Positions 1 to 12,105 of a stretch of 64,000 bases of DNA are shown here, in pieces. The notes under the pieces were generated by a model. It saw nothing but the letters and a program-made list of their open reading frames with translations. It was not told the DNA's origin and ran no database searches. Location: contig NC_043000.1 in NCBI RefSeq assembly GCF_006345805.1, forward strand, positions 3,224,001 to 3,288,000. The letters run 5' to 3'. Positions within the stretch are counted from its first letter, which is position 1; each line of letters opens with the position of its first letter. Position numbers and translations under genes: made by a program. Origin of the DNA: Octopus sinensis. Lineage: Eukaryota.

Positions 1-29
1 CCCCATACTTTATATATATATATATATAT

Positions 30-452
30 CATCATCATCATCATCATTTAGCGTCCGTTTTCCATGCTAGCATGGGTTGGACGGTTCAACTGGGGTCTGT
101 GAAGCCAGAAGGCCGCATCAGGCCCAGTCTGATCTGGCAGTGTTTCTACGGCTGGATGCCCTTCCTAACGCCAACCACTCCGCGAGTGTAGTGGGTGCTT
201 TTTACGTGCCACCCGCACAGGAGCCAGACGGAGCTGGCAAACGGCCATCAACGGATGGTGCTTTTACGTGCCACCGGCACGGGGGCCAGGCGGGGCTGGC
301 AACGGACACGAACGAATGGTGCTTTTACGTGCCACCGGCACGGGGCCAGTCGGGGCGGCGCTGGCAACGGCCACGAACGGATGGCGCATTTTACGTGCCA
401 CCAGCACGGGAGCCAGGTGAGGCTGGCAATGGCCACGAACGGATGGTGCTTT
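30..452 (-). mobile_element. RTE-clade LINE 3' end (family A) with ~4 tandem 59-bp units
   Basis: (CAT)n tail, ccatgctagcatgg, ggatgcccttcctaacgcc body and tandem ggtgcttttacgtgccacc units. Same family as the copy joined to an RTE ORF at 23.8 kb. Confidence 0.8.
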
Positions 453-454
453 TT

Positions 455-456
<2 letters not shown>

Positions 457-531
<75 letters not shown>

Positions 532-540
532 CAGATATAG
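457..540. repeat. (GATA)n microsatellite
   Basis: Direct reading. Confidence 0.98.
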
Positions 541-1156
541 ATATATTAATATTTAGCAGAAGTAACAGAGTAATTCAAGGTCCAAGAGTTTCATGTGTTG
601 ATAAGTGCCAATGCACGAAACTTTCAGACCTTGAGTCACTCTGTTACTTTTGCTAAATATTAATAAAAGTATAAACTCACATTTTTAATTCTATTTTTCC
701 TGTTTGCATCACCATAATTATATATTTAACACAAAGTATAAACAATGGTCATTACATATTTTCCCTTTATTAGAATAAATTTGGCTTACAGTTGTTTCCA
801 GTAGTCTTTATAGGTACATTACTGACAGGTTAACTCAATTGATCTATTGATCTGTTGAGAAAAATTGAACAACCTACAAAAATTAATGCTACTTTTGTCA
901 GAGCCATTTCTGATTATAACAAAGTAGAATCCTGAAGGAATGGTATGTGCATGGGTGGGATTTGAAGAAAAGTGGGAAAGAGGCCAATAGAATAGAGAAA
1001 AAGTGGAAGACAAGTTACAATAAGGGGAGGAGAAAGAAGGAAAGAATAGAGGATGGCCAAAATTTGCGAAAAGGACAGTCATAAAGCATTAGTGTTTGTA
1101 GTCAGGCCAATGCACATGAACATATTTGAATTGCTTTTAGGTTAGATATTCTCCAA

Positions 1157-1429
1157 ATCGTGAAGTATATTTGCCACTTAAATATGGCTAACCTCTAAGG
1201 GTGGATGCTACTGTAGCTTGTAGCCCCAGGAGGACACCTCCTCCAGCTGGCTATAGACACACTTTCTGTGCCCTTCCCGGGGAAGGATGGCTTCCCTTTG
1301 CAAATACTGATAGGGAACAGAAAGTGTGTCTATAGCCAGCTGGAGGAAGTGTTCTCCTGGGGCTACAAGGTACAGTAGCATCCACTCTTAGGGGTTAGCC
1401 ATATTTAAATGGCAAATATACTTCACGAT
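1157..1429. repeat. Fold-back element: 118-bp inverted arms (1157-1274 / 1312-1429) around a 37-bp spacer
   Basis: The arms are reverse complements with a few mismatches. Confidence 0.9.
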
Positions 1430-1879
1430 GTGTTGCAGCTACTGTTTATACCTCACTCAGAGATTTATTTTTGCTTATTCTCCAAATGTTGTTTTGCAAT
1501 TTGATATGGGCCATTTACACACATGATCATCTTAGATTTCAATATTTGGACATTGGTACTAACAAGCATAGTAGGTGAATTGTATTAGAAAATGAATGAA
1601 ATATCAGTAGTAATCATATGAAGTAGAGGTTGAAATAGCTCTGATTAGCTAGGATATAAAATACTGATAGATTGAGAGATATGAGGTTGAAATGAAATAA
1701 AGTCATGTTGAGTAGTTTAAAGTCAAATAACATTGGAGACTGGATATAATTTCAAATTGAACTCATTAAAGGAGTTTTAGAATTTAAACCATTAAATAGA
1801 TTATGAATTAAGATTTGAACAAAAGTTAAAATTTATAAATTTAGCATTAAAGCAAACTAAAGATAAAAAGAATTAAAAT

Positions 1880-2130
1880 CATTTTATGAAATAATAGTTA
1901 ATACTAAAACAATGATGATGATGATGATGATGACGATGACAATAATAATACCAATAATAATAAAATATATAAAATAGTAATAATAAATAATAATGATAAT
2001 AATTATAATAATAATAAATAAGTAAATAATAGTAATAAATATTAAAAATGTAATAAAAAATAACAATAATGAAATATATATATAACAAACAATAAATAAA
2101 ATAAATTTTTAAAATTCAAAAATAAAAAAA
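1880..2130. repeat. AT-rich (AAT)/(GAT) low-complexity tract
   Basis: Direct reading. Confidence 0.9.
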
Positions 2131-2136
2131 CACATA

Positions 2137-3000
2137 CAGGGTGCAGTAAATAAACTGTTGTCAAAATTATGCAGAAGTGAAAATAACAGTGACATTACAT
2201 TTTAATGGACATATTTAGCAAAATTACATAAAAATATCTTGAAATAGAGAAGAGTAAATTTATTCAATAAAATCGCCATTGGTCTCCAGACGACTTCAGA
2301 ATCTCCTGCAACTCTTCTGGATGGTCTCCTTGCTTAAGTTGGTGAGCGTTGCCATAATCCTTGCCTTCAGTTCATCTTTGGTGTTGCAAAGAGTTTTGTC
2401 AGTCTCTCGCTCAACTGTGTACCAGACATAATAATCAAGTCTGGGGAGTTAAGTGGCCAGATGTTAGGGATGATGTGGTTGCAGAAATTGTCTGACAGCC
2501 AAGACTAGATTCTTCTGCTTGTGTGGCATGGTGCAGAGTCCTGTGGCCAGACATAGGGTCTTCCAGCAGCCACCCTCCTGACTCAGAGCAGCACTACCAC
2601 CTCTAGATACTTGATATAGGCTTCCATGTTGAGCCTGTGGCCATGTGGGAAGATGAATGGAGGCATAATGTCGCCATCACTAGCGATCACTCCAAACACC
2701 ATGATGTTGACTGGATGTTTGATTTTTAGCACTCACAGTACATGTCCTCAGAATGCACTGATCTCAGATTGACACACAAACACTCTGAAAATGTATATAT
2801 TGGAGCTTCCGGCATGAATGCCAAGCAGTGCAGCATGTTGCTTCCAAATTTCTGGTAGAGTGAATTGCGTCATGGTGCTGTTTTTTCTCACAGTTTGTGC
2901 CCAACTGACCCTACTATACTGTGTAGTTGGCTGTACTCTGCACCATGCATTGGTCAACCTGCAGTTATACAAGAAGGCATATGCCCAAGGTATATGAGGC
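2137..3000 (-). mobile_element. Degenerate Tc1/mariner (DD37D maT-like) transposon
   Basis: TA|CAGGGTG terminus. Frameshifted minus-strand translation gives HPVNIMVFGVI..MPPFIF, QDSAPCHTS, WPLNSPD and DYYVW motifs. The right TIR is not clearly seen. Confidence 0.75.
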
Positions 3001-3148
3001 TGCAAATGAACTTCTTAACCATTCCTAAGTATATAAAATTAGACATGAGCAAGTATTGTCATAGAAGAGCTGTTTTTGACATCTTAGTCATTGCATAAAA
3101 AGTAGTACCTCTGTTTACCTTCGTTAAATGTAGCAACATCACTTAGAG

Positions 3149-3800
3149 CATTTGTTCTCAACCACAGTCCATATGGCCCTTGGGGACACTAGCATAGTTA
3201 GGAGGGTTGGAGGGGACAGTTTGCCCCGGGCGACACTTTTATGGAGGTGATACCACTTTTGGATCTGCTGTAGGCATTACGTATTTTTATGGGGGTCTGG
3301 GACGACAAACTAAAGGGCCACTTAAGTGGCATACACTACACTAGTGCTTGAGGATCCATAGAAGATTTTATTGTTAAAGTTGGTAATACTTCCACAATAC
3401 ACAAAATATTTAAAATGTTTTTCACAACCATAAGGGCACACAGTGCTCCTCATAAGCACAGGTTCGTGAGATGGTTGTGATCTGTAAACAGTTTTGAGTT
3501 GGGACCAGAAAGGGAAGTATGAGCATGAACATGCAATGCATATGCGCACACAGAATCCCTAAAGCGGAAGAGAATAAAAACGCAATGTTAAACAAGTTAT
3601 ATGACGGGCTGCATGCCATGCCTGACACCAATATCACGCAGCTTTGCTACAGTTTTCTTGTTTAAGCAATTTTTAACAACATTTAATTATAAAAACGCAG
3701 CACTATTTCATTTTTTACACACATTGAATGGCTACAGGAGTCCAGTACAGTAAAATTTGAATCAAAGGGTGTATAGGCAAATAGTGGTTGAGAACCATTG
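3149..3800. mobile_element. Old hAT (Charlie-like) non-autonomous element
   Basis: Imperfect TIRs catttgttctcaaccac / gtggttgagaaccattg. The 8-bp flanks are only partly similar. Confidence 0.55.
3187..3346. mobile_element. hAT MITE nested in the previous element
   Basis: TIRs cactagcatag / ctacactagtg. 8-bp TSD cttgggga / cttgagga (7/8 identical). Confidence 0.65.
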
Positions 3801-3951
3801 ATTGAGAATATAGGACTTTAACCATTCAATCTCCACATCCTAAACATTGATGGGAAATTGAACAGACCCAGGTATATCACTGGTACTTATTTTATCATCC
3901 TCTGAACAGCGAGATTATTAATAGGGAATATGGTTGATCACCTGACTGGCC

Positions 3952-4145
3952 CTCATGCCGGTGGCACGTAAAAGCACCCACTACATTCTCGGAGTGGTTG
4001 GCGTTAAGAAGGGCATCTAGCTGTAGAAACTCTGCCAGATCAGATTGGAGTCTGGTGCAGCCATCTGGTTTGCCAGTCCTCAGTCAAACCGTCCAACCCA
4101 TGCTAGCATGGAAAGCAGACATTAAACGATGAGGATGATGATGAT
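3952..4145 (+). mobile_element. RTE 3' end (family A)
   Basis: ggtggcacgtaaaagcaccc...ggcgttaagaagggcatc...(GAT)n. Confidence 0.8.
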
Positions 4146-4231
4146 AAAACAAACAAGATTTGAACTTAGAATACAGAGTTAGGAAACTAAATATGGTAAG
4201 GTGTGTTGTCTGGTGCTCTACTAGTAAGTTT

Positions 4232-4617
4232 GTGGAGGCACAATGGCCCAGTGGTTAGGGCAGCGGACTCGTGGTCATAGCATCGCGGTTTCGATTCCCA
4301 GACCGGGCGTTGTGAGTGTTTATTGAGCGAAAACACCTAAAGCTCCACGAGGCTCCGGCAGGGGATGGTGGTGATCCCTGGAGTACTCCTTCACCACAAC
4401 TTTCTCTCACTCTTACTTCTTGTTTCTGTTGTACCTGTATTTCAAAGGGCCGGCCTTGTCACTCTCTGTGTCACGCTGAATATCCCCGAGAACTACGTTA
4501 AGGGTACACGTGTCTGTGGAGTGCTCAGCCATTTACACGTTAATTTCACGAGCAGGCTGTTCCGTTGATCGGATCAACCGGAACCCTCTTCGTCGTAACC
4601 GACGGAGTGCTTCAACA
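4232..4617 (+). mobile_element. Full-length tRNA-derived SINE, family C (probably octopus OR1-type)
   Basis: A box tggcccagtggttag and B box ggtttcgattccc. Perfect 12-bp TSD actagtaagttt at 4220-4231 and 4618-4629. Confidence 0.88.
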
Positions 4618-5554
4618 ACTAGTAAGTTTAAATCTATTAAGTTTTAAATCAGTACAACATAGTACAGGAATTGTAGCAACCAATAACAGCAACAGCAGCA
4701 GCAACAACAATCAAAACAGCATCAACAGCAGCAAAATCAGTCCTGATATTGTATTTATCTTTGGTTTTACTTTATAGTTTTAACAAAAATTGGGCAAAGG
4801 TGTAAAGCAAAAAGGAAAAAAGTGAAAGTAAAGAAAAATGGGTAAAAATACAGAATATGAAACAAAGTATAAAAGCATGTATAACTTTTCAGGACAAGAA
4901 GTAAAAGCTACTGGGTTTTTTTTCTTCTTTTGGTGCTGTTGTTTTTGAAGGCAGCTGAGAATTTGTCATAAATATATACAAATTAGAAAGGAATTAGCCA
5001 CCAAATCTATTATTATGCTAAAAAAAAAAAAAAGAGAGAGACCTTCCTACCCAACAACACGATTATGTACAGAATTATTCCATTGACAAACTGGATAACG
5101 TTCGCAAAGTTGTAACGATTTTTAAAGACTGTTACGTTCAAACTAGCAAGATGTGAAGATTTATTTGATGTGTCTGATAAATTATTGATAAATCCATCAA
5201 AGGCAGTTATGTTTGTGGCTGCTTTAGCAACAAAAATGAAGTATGGACAGCTTTGTAGCAGGCATTTTACTGTTCAAAATAGAGTTTTATTTTTTTTCCT
5301 TTCTTTGTTTTGTTTCATTATATCGACAAGCAGACCACCACAAATGGTTGCAGTAATTTTCTATCAAATTGTTTTTCATCCACCTCCTTCGTTACTTCAA
5401 TCATGTCTAAAAATATTAAAAGGCTTTCAAAGTGATTTTTTTTTTTTGCTTCTTTTACTTTATTTCTTTTATTTTCTGCCACAAGCCAAAATATTTTAAT
5501 TGCAACATTTGTAAATTACAAACGGCAACCCATGGTGAACCTAGGTGACTTTTA

Positions 5555-6290
5555 TCTTTTACTTGTTTCAGTCATTGGACTGCAGCCATGCTGGGGCATT
5601 GCTTTGAAGGATTTCAGTAAAACGAATCAACCCCAGTACTTAATTTTTAAAGACTAGTACTTATTCTATTGATCTCTTTTACTGAACTGCTAGGTTACAT
5701 GGATGTAAACAAACCAATTCTGGTTGTTAAGTGATGGTGTAAGATAAACACAAACATAAAGACACGGACATAGACACACACAGATAAGTAGATAGATAGA
5801 CAGACAGACAAACAGACAGACAGATAGATAGATAGATATGTTTCTTTATTAGTCACACAGGGCTGCACACAGAGGGGACAAATTACAAAGTAGAGCTTTT
5901 CTTTTCAGGGAGAAACAAAAATAAAATAAAAATAAAAGGTGGGTAGGTTTACGATCAAAAGGGATTGTAAAAAAGAAAGAAAAAACAACAAAAAACAATC
6001 AATAGGGATCGTGTATCACAGAAATGTCATGATGTAAAGTGTAAAGGGGGAAACAGATAAGGTTTATCCATGGAAAGACAAGCCTACGGAAAGATAGATA
6101 GATAAATCGATAGATAGATAGATATAGTTAGATAGATAGATAGATAGATAAGCTACTTTCAGTTTCTGTTTACCAAATCCACTCAAAGACTTTAGTAGGA
6201 CTCTTGCCCAAGGTGACATGCAACAGGACTGAACCTGGAACCATGTGGTTGGGAAGCAAACTTGTTGTCCTGCAGTAATGCCTGTGCCTG
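5555..6290 (-). mobile_element. Old SINE family B split by (GATA)n and a SINE-E tail fragment
   Basis: Diverged cttttacttgtttcagtcatt...ccatgctgg tail at 5.56 kb and ccactcacaagg...ccatgtggtt head half at 6.15-6.29 kb. Confidence 0.6.
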
Positions 6291-6463
6291 ATGAATATCT
6301 CAGCATTATTTTATTTCCTGTTTAGTATGGTTCATTACAACCATTTATTAGTTGTTAACTTTTTATATTAAATGCATTCAGTGTTGGGCACATGTTAGGC
6401 AGTGTATGAATCACATAAGAGAGATGATCGTTTACTAAAAGATATCTGTCATATTTAGAAAGC

Positions 6464-6885
6464 TGGAAGATCCTGGAAGGACTTGTCCCAAACTTTGGCA
6501 TCAAGAGTCACACAAATGCCAGAACCGGGCGCCACTGCATGGTACCAAGGACTCCAAATTTGCCATCAAGATGTAGGACAAGATACTGTGATAGCCTGGG
6601 CTTCAGAGGCCCACAGCTCTTCAATATCCTCCCGAAGAACCTGAGGGACCTGCATGGTGTAGATGCGGATGTCTTTAAAGTAGGACTGGATCTCTTCCTG
6701 TCAGGTGTCCCAGATGAACCAACTTCACGGCAGGAGGTGCAGATGAGGGCAGCTGCATCAAACTCTCTCATGCACCAAATGGCAGTTGCTAAAAAGCATT
6801 TGTGAGGTAAAATCATGTAGCAAACCAAATGGCAGTGCCCCAGCATGGCCACAGCTCATGAGCTGAAACTGGAAAAATCAAAATA
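6464..6885 (+). mobile_element. 5'-truncated CR1/L2-group LINE: ORF2 C-terminus and 3' end
   Basis: Open frame WKILEGLVPN...SLGFRGPQLFNILPKNLR..VFKVGLDLFLSGVPDEP..RAAASNSL, typical of CR1-like ORF2 ends. A short 3'UTR with stem-loop cagctcatgagctg follows. Confidence 0.8.
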
Positions 6886-7094
6886 TATATATACAAGCCA
6901 CAAATGTCTTGACCTAAGGCTTGCTTCAGAAATACTCTGAAATATGATATATCTGATCATATTTGCTACCATCTCAAACAAACCAGTCACAAGCCCACCA
7001 ACGCAGCTTCACACAAATCCATCAACTTTTAATACACACTTGCAAAAATTCTAGAAAGACCCAATGTGTACAATACAATATGGATTTGTTTCAT

Positions 7095-7320
7095 TATATA
7101 TTTCTTTATTGCCCACAAGGGGCTAAACATAGAGGGGACAAACAAAGGGGTTAAGTCGATTACATCGACCCCAGTGTGTAACTGGTACTTAATTTATCGA
7201 CCCCGAAAGGATGAAAGGCAAAGTTGACCTCGGCGGAATTTAAACTCACAACGTAATGGCAGACGAAATACCGCTAAGCATTTCACCCGGCATGCTAACG
7301 TTTCTGCCAGCTTGCTGCCA
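7095..7320 (-). mobile_element. tRNA-derived SINE family E
   Basis: Reverse complement of gagctggcagaaacgttagc...gagtt(t)aaattccgccgaggtcaactttgcctttcatcctttcggggtcgataaattaagtaccag...ccccttgtgggcaataaag. Confidence 0.85.
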
Positions 7321-7574
7321 ATTTGTTTCATTATAATTAATTACATAAGTAAGCAAATAAGAAAGCTTCTATGTGGTTACTCACTTTCTAAAAATGACAG
7401 TCAAACACCTTGCAGATCAAACACTAAGGTTTTAAAAAAGAATGGGAGAATACATTACTATATATGGTCCTAGATACATGATGTTTAAAAATAAGCATCA
7501 TAGTAATGGCTGGGGCATCTTTTAGTATGGACTGGTGCAATCAGAGCTGAACAACAACTTCACAACTCATAAAT

Positions 7575-7992
7575 TTTACACTACTCTATAGGCACCCATG
7601 CCAACACCCTTTGCTTGCGAAGACATGTTGGGGCAAGTGAAATCGAAATTGAATTGAACCAGCCAGGACCCCTGGACTGGTGGTACGTAAAAAGCACAAT
7701 CCGACTCGTGGCCGATGCCAGCGCCGCCTCAACTGGCTTCCGTGCCAGTCGCACGTAAAATACACCAATCCGACCGTGGCCGTTGCCAGCCTCGCCTGGC
7801 ACCTGTGCAGGTGGCACGTAAAAAGCACCCACTACACTCACGGAGTGGTTGGCGTTAGGAAGGGCATCCAGCTGTAGAAACATTGCCAGATAAGACTGGA
7901 GCCTGGTGCAGCCTTTTGGCTTCCCAGATCCCCGGTCGAACCGTCCAACCCATGCTAGCATGGAGAACGGACGTTAAACGATGATGATGATA
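7575..7992 (+). mobile_element. RTE 3' end (family A) with 2-3 tandem units
   Basis: Family body and (GAT)n tail. Confidence 0.8.
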
Positions 7993-8291
7993 GGAGCATT
8001 ATATTGGTAAACACATTTTATAACATGCTTCATGCACGGCTGATGTTTTTAGACCATATTTAATCACAAGTAGACAATGTTTTGCAGATATATGTTATAT
8101 ATTCAATGTCTATTTTACCAACTAAAGTAATGTTCATGGGAAGGGGCTGAAATGTCATACAGCCCTTTGTAGGCAAAATAAAAAAAAAGAAACCCTCTTT
8201 TTTCAGTAAGTAGATGGAATTAAATCCAATTTTTTCTGGATCTTTACTACAGACATCCATATGTTGCAAATAGCATCAGTAATAAAAATGT

Positions 8292-8655
8292 CTAGCTCTA
8301 TGACCTGGCAACGCCGGGTCATAGTGCTAGTGCATGCATATAAAGCTGCATGCGTGCACACATACATGCGAGTACTGTCCAACTCTGCGACCAATCACAT
8401 ACAGCTAGCTGGCATTCAATTGGCGTATCAAGTTTCAGGTATTTTGATTGGTTTTTGGATAGAAAATTCACAAAAAAGTCACTTCTATTGATATTTTAAT
8501 GGCTTTGCGGGGTGACTGGGGAAATCTAAAGATGTGCACGACCACCCTTGGATGGTTTTGAATGACCAAAGAAAGTGCGAGCCCTCTAACTGAAAAATTG
8601 TGGATATGTATAAAGGACATGCACGCAGACATTTTGCCATTTATATATATAGAGA
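8292..8655 (-). mobile_element. Non-autonomous Helitron-like element
   Basis: 5' A|TCTCTATATATATAAA on the minus strand. 3' 18-bp GC-rich hairpin ctagctctatgacctggc-aac-gccgggtcatagtgctag next to CTAG. Confidence 0.6.
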
Positions 8656-8927
8656 TGACAGGGATGATATTAATAGAAACAATGACAAGGATGATATCTA
8701 ACAGAGGAAGAAGACAAACATTTGAGTGAGGATCAGCAGTCCATTGTATTGACCCAAATACCTGACGGGTAATTTATTTTATTGAAACCTAGAAGGTTGA
8801 AGAGCAAAGTTGACCTTGGTAGTATTTGAACTCAGAATGTAAAGATCTAGAAGAAACCCAGCAAAGTAATTTGTCCAATACTCAAACACTTCTGACGGTT
8901 CATAATAATTGCTTTTATTAACCTGAC

Positions 8928-10135
8928 ACATAAAAGCACCATCCGTTCGTGTCCGTTGCCAGCTCTGTCTGGCCCTGTGTCGGTGGCACGTAAAAGCACC
9001 ATCCGTTCGTGTCCGTTGCCAGCATCGCCTGGCCCCGTGCTGGTGACACGTAAAATCACCATCCGTTCGTGGCCGTTTGCCAGCTCTGTCTGGCCCCGTG
9101 TCGGTGGCACATAAAAGCACCATCCGTTCGTGGCCGTTTGCCAGCTCTGTCTGGCCCCGTGCTGGTGACACGTAAAAGCACCATCCATTCGTGGCTGTTT
9201 GCCAGCTCTGTCTGGCCCCGTGTTGGTGGCATGTAAAAGCACCATCCGTTCGTGGCCGTTGCCAGCTCTGTCTGCCCCGTGCTGGTGACACGTAAAAGCA
9301 CCATCCGTCGTGGCCGTTTGCCAGCTCTGTCTGGCCCCGTGTGGTGGCACGTAAAAGCACCATCCGTTCGTGGCGTTTGCCAGCTCTGTCTGGCCCCGTG
9401 CTGGTGACACGTAAAAGCACCATCCGTTCTGGCCGTTTGCCAGCTCTGTCTGCCCCGTGCTGGTGACACGTAAAAGCACCATCCGTTCGTGGCCGTTTGC
9501 CAGCTCTGTCTGGCCCCGTGCTGGTGACACGTAAAAGCACCATCCGTTCGTGGCCGTTTGCCAGCTCTGTCTGGCCCCGTGTTGGTGGCACGTAAAAGCA
9601 CCATCCGTTCGTGGCCGTTTGCCAGCTCTGTCTGGCCCCGTGCTGGTGACACGTAAAAGCACCATCCGTTCGTGGCCGTTTGCCAGCTCTGTCTGGCCCC
9701 GTGCTGGTGACACGTAAAAGCACCATCCGTTCGTGGCCGTTTGCCAGCTCTGTCTGGCCCCGTGCTGGTGACACGTAAAAGCACCATCCGTTCGTGGCCG
9801 TTTGCCAGCTCTGTCTGGCCCCATGTCGGTGGCACGTAAAAGCACCATCCGTTCGTGTCCATTGCCAGCATCGCCTGGCCCCGTGCTGGTGACACGTAAA
9901 AGCACCATCCGTTCGTGGCCGTTTGCCAGCTCTGTCTGGTCCGTGTCGGTGGCACGTAAAAGCACCATCCGTTCGTGGCCGTTTGCCAGCTCTGTCTGGC
10001 CCTGTGTCGGTGGCACGTAAAAGCACCATCCGTTCGTGTCCGTTGCCAGCATCGCCTGGCCCCGTGCTGGTGACACGTAAAAGCACCATCCGTTCGTGGC
10101 CGTTTGCCAACTTTGTCTGGCACCTGTGCAGGTGG
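8928..10135 (+). repeat. Minisatellite: ~20 tandem 58-61 bp units, expanded inside an RTE 3'UTR
   Basis: Unit cacgtaaaagcaccatccgttcgtggccgtttgccagctctgtctggccccgtgctggtga, in two variants. There are no unique spacers. Confidence 0.97.
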
Positions 10136-10318
10136 CATGTAAAAAACACCCACTACACTCGCGGAGTGGTTGGCGTTAGGAAGGGCATCCAGCCGTAGAA
10201 ACACTGCCAGATCTGACTGGGCCTGATGAAGCCTTCCAGCTTCACAGACCTCAGTTGAACCGTCCAACCCATGCTAGCATGGAAAGCGGACGCTAAATGA
10301 TGATGATGATGATGATGA
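10136..10318 (+). mobile_element. RTE 3' terminal body and (GAT)n tail following the array
   Basis: cccactacactcgcggagtggttggcgttaggaagggcatcc...ggacgctaaatgatgatg. Confidence 0.85.
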
Positions 10319-10513
10319 ACCTGAGGGGTCTAAAAAGCTGGGGATTGAACAAAGAAGAAAAAAATACAATTGGGTGTTTAACAATGAATAAAAATAATAC
10401 AAAATCAACAAAATCAATAGAAAAACATTGAAATATCAAAGAAGATTTCCCGATAGAGGAAACCTACTGGCATCGTCCATCTTGTAGAGTGAGTGCCTGG
10501 CAATATTCCACAG

Positions 10514-10683
10514 ACGTAGGAGTGGCTGTGTGGTAAGTAGCTTGCTTACCAACCACATGGTTCCAGGTTCAGTCCCACGGCGTGTCACCTTGGGCAAGTG
10601 TCTTCTACTATAGCCTCGGGTCGACTAAAGCCTTGTGAGTTGATTTGGTAGGCGGAAACTGAAAGAAGCCCATCGTATATATG

Positions 10684-10714
<31 letters not shown>

Positions 10715-10945
10715 ATGTGTGTGTGTGTTTGTGTGTCTGTGTTTGTCCCCCCACCCTCCAACATCTCTTGACAACTGATGCTGGTGTGTTTACGTCCCCG
10801 TAACTTAGCAGGTCAGCAAAAGCGACCGATAGAATAAGTACTAGGCTTACAAAGAATAAGTCCTGGGGTCGATTTGCTTGACTAAAGGCGGTGCTCCAGC
10901 ATGGCCTCAGTCAAATGATTGAAACAAATAAAAGAGAGTAAAAAG
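10514..10945 (+). mobile_element. Full-length tRNA-derived SINE family B (probably octopus OK-type) with central (TA)n/(TG)n
   Basis: A box tggctgtgtggtaag, B box ggttcagtccc, CORE-like ccttgggcaagtgtctt, and tail ccagcatggcc.cagtcaaatga.tgaaacaa. Confidence 0.85.
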
Positions 10946-11960
10946 GGTATGCCAAACAGCCAACCTTGGCCTTCATATAGCTCAGAAATGCAGCAAGGAA
11001 ATAGGGATGAGCTGCAGGAAAGGAAGAAATCCCATTACATGAAAGATGTTTACATCTTTTTCTGTTATTGTGGAAGTGGCCCAGGAATCTCTGCAGGTGT
11101 ATCAGTCTCAGTACCAGTTAATACATCATCAGTGATGGTATTCTGTGACTCCCAAGTAATGAATGCTGGAAGCAGGTTGATCTCCTGACTAGTGGAACCT
11201 ATCCAATCTCCAAGAAATGAAAGTGCATGGGCTCTAATCTGCCTAGATCTTTCCTTGAACAAAGCATGACTGTCAGACAATACTACATTACTAAATCAAT
11301 GTAGATGTTAACCACTTCTTCTCAGCTCATTTCTAAATGAGATTTCTCTCCTCATTTGCAATCTTCAAAATTTTCTCTCTCTGGAGGTCCAGTTCTAACC
11401 AATTCCCAAGTACTTTAACTGGATTGTTGGTCCAGCAACAAAAGCTGATATTGGTCCCTGTAGGCATCAAGTTGCACATTCCCTGACTTTGTTTTTTTTT
11501 TTGGTTAATATGCATCCCCTAAAATGTTCCTGGTACTCTCCCAGAATGGTGGCAATTACCTTGAATTCCGATATGTCTGACGCTCTGGCCTTGATGTCAT
11601 CTGCTCAAGCAGATACACCTTTCCTATGTCCCTATGAAAATGAGAAGCCCTCAAAGTCTATAACATCTGAAAAAATATTCCCAATGCCAAAATGTACAGG
11701 AAAGAAGAGAGAGAGAGAGAGAGAGCATCCTGGACAGACAAGCACACAATGTGAAATGGTTCCAAGAGGTAGCCATTTATTTTGACCATTAAATAGATGT
11801 CTTCTGAGTTGTAGCAATCTAGTCTCTGGAGCCAAGTGGTGGTGGTTGATTCTGTTGTGAGTTTTAAACTGACCCAAACTGATCAATGCCACACCAAAGC
11901 CATAGCTATTCTTGATCTACCCTATGATGTGTTTATGTGGACTATGCTATTGAGGACAAG
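10945..11960 (-). pseudogene. Degenerate L1/Tx1-type LINE ORF2 (RT) fragment
   Basis: Minus-strand translation VKINGYLLEPFHI..Q(G)C.LS, KGVSA*ADDI (decayed YADD) and WTNNPVKVLGNWLELDLQ. Confidence 0.65.
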
Positions 11961-12105
11961 AGGCAACCTCTCAGCAAGCAATTATGTAACAACCTTCAAT
12001 TCTGTTATTTAGTAGTGTTAACAACCTTATATTGTTTATCATGTTTCCCTTGTTTCAGTCTTTTTTTGGCAACATCACAACTCACCATTTGATCTGACTG
12101 AGAAT

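Noticed and set aside
4232-4305. tRNA genes at SINE heads (also 23134, 35891, 43667, 56429)
   Set aside because: They have A/B boxes but no complete cloverleaf or acceptor stem, and each continues into a SINE body with TSDs.
5170-5530. LCSRHF motif suggesting a THAP domain, and a ggcaaccc TIR-like end
   Set aside because: The N-terminal CxxxC, W and P residues are not evident and no matching TIR was found.
8928-10135. CRISPR-like array
   Set aside because: The units are head-to-tail with no unique spacers, there are no cas genes, and the context is eukaryotic.
8779-10267. Three long ORFs (456, 409 and 403 aa) suggesting a repeat protein
   Set aside because: All three minus frames are open only because the antisense strand of the 59-bp unit lacks stop codons. 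Unit length varies, so the frames rotate, and the array is part of a LINE 3'UTR.
10150-10270. HDV-like or twister ribozyme in the ggcgttaggaagggcatcc block
   Set aside because: I could not assign P1/P2/P3/P1.1 or twister pseudoknot pairings by inspection.
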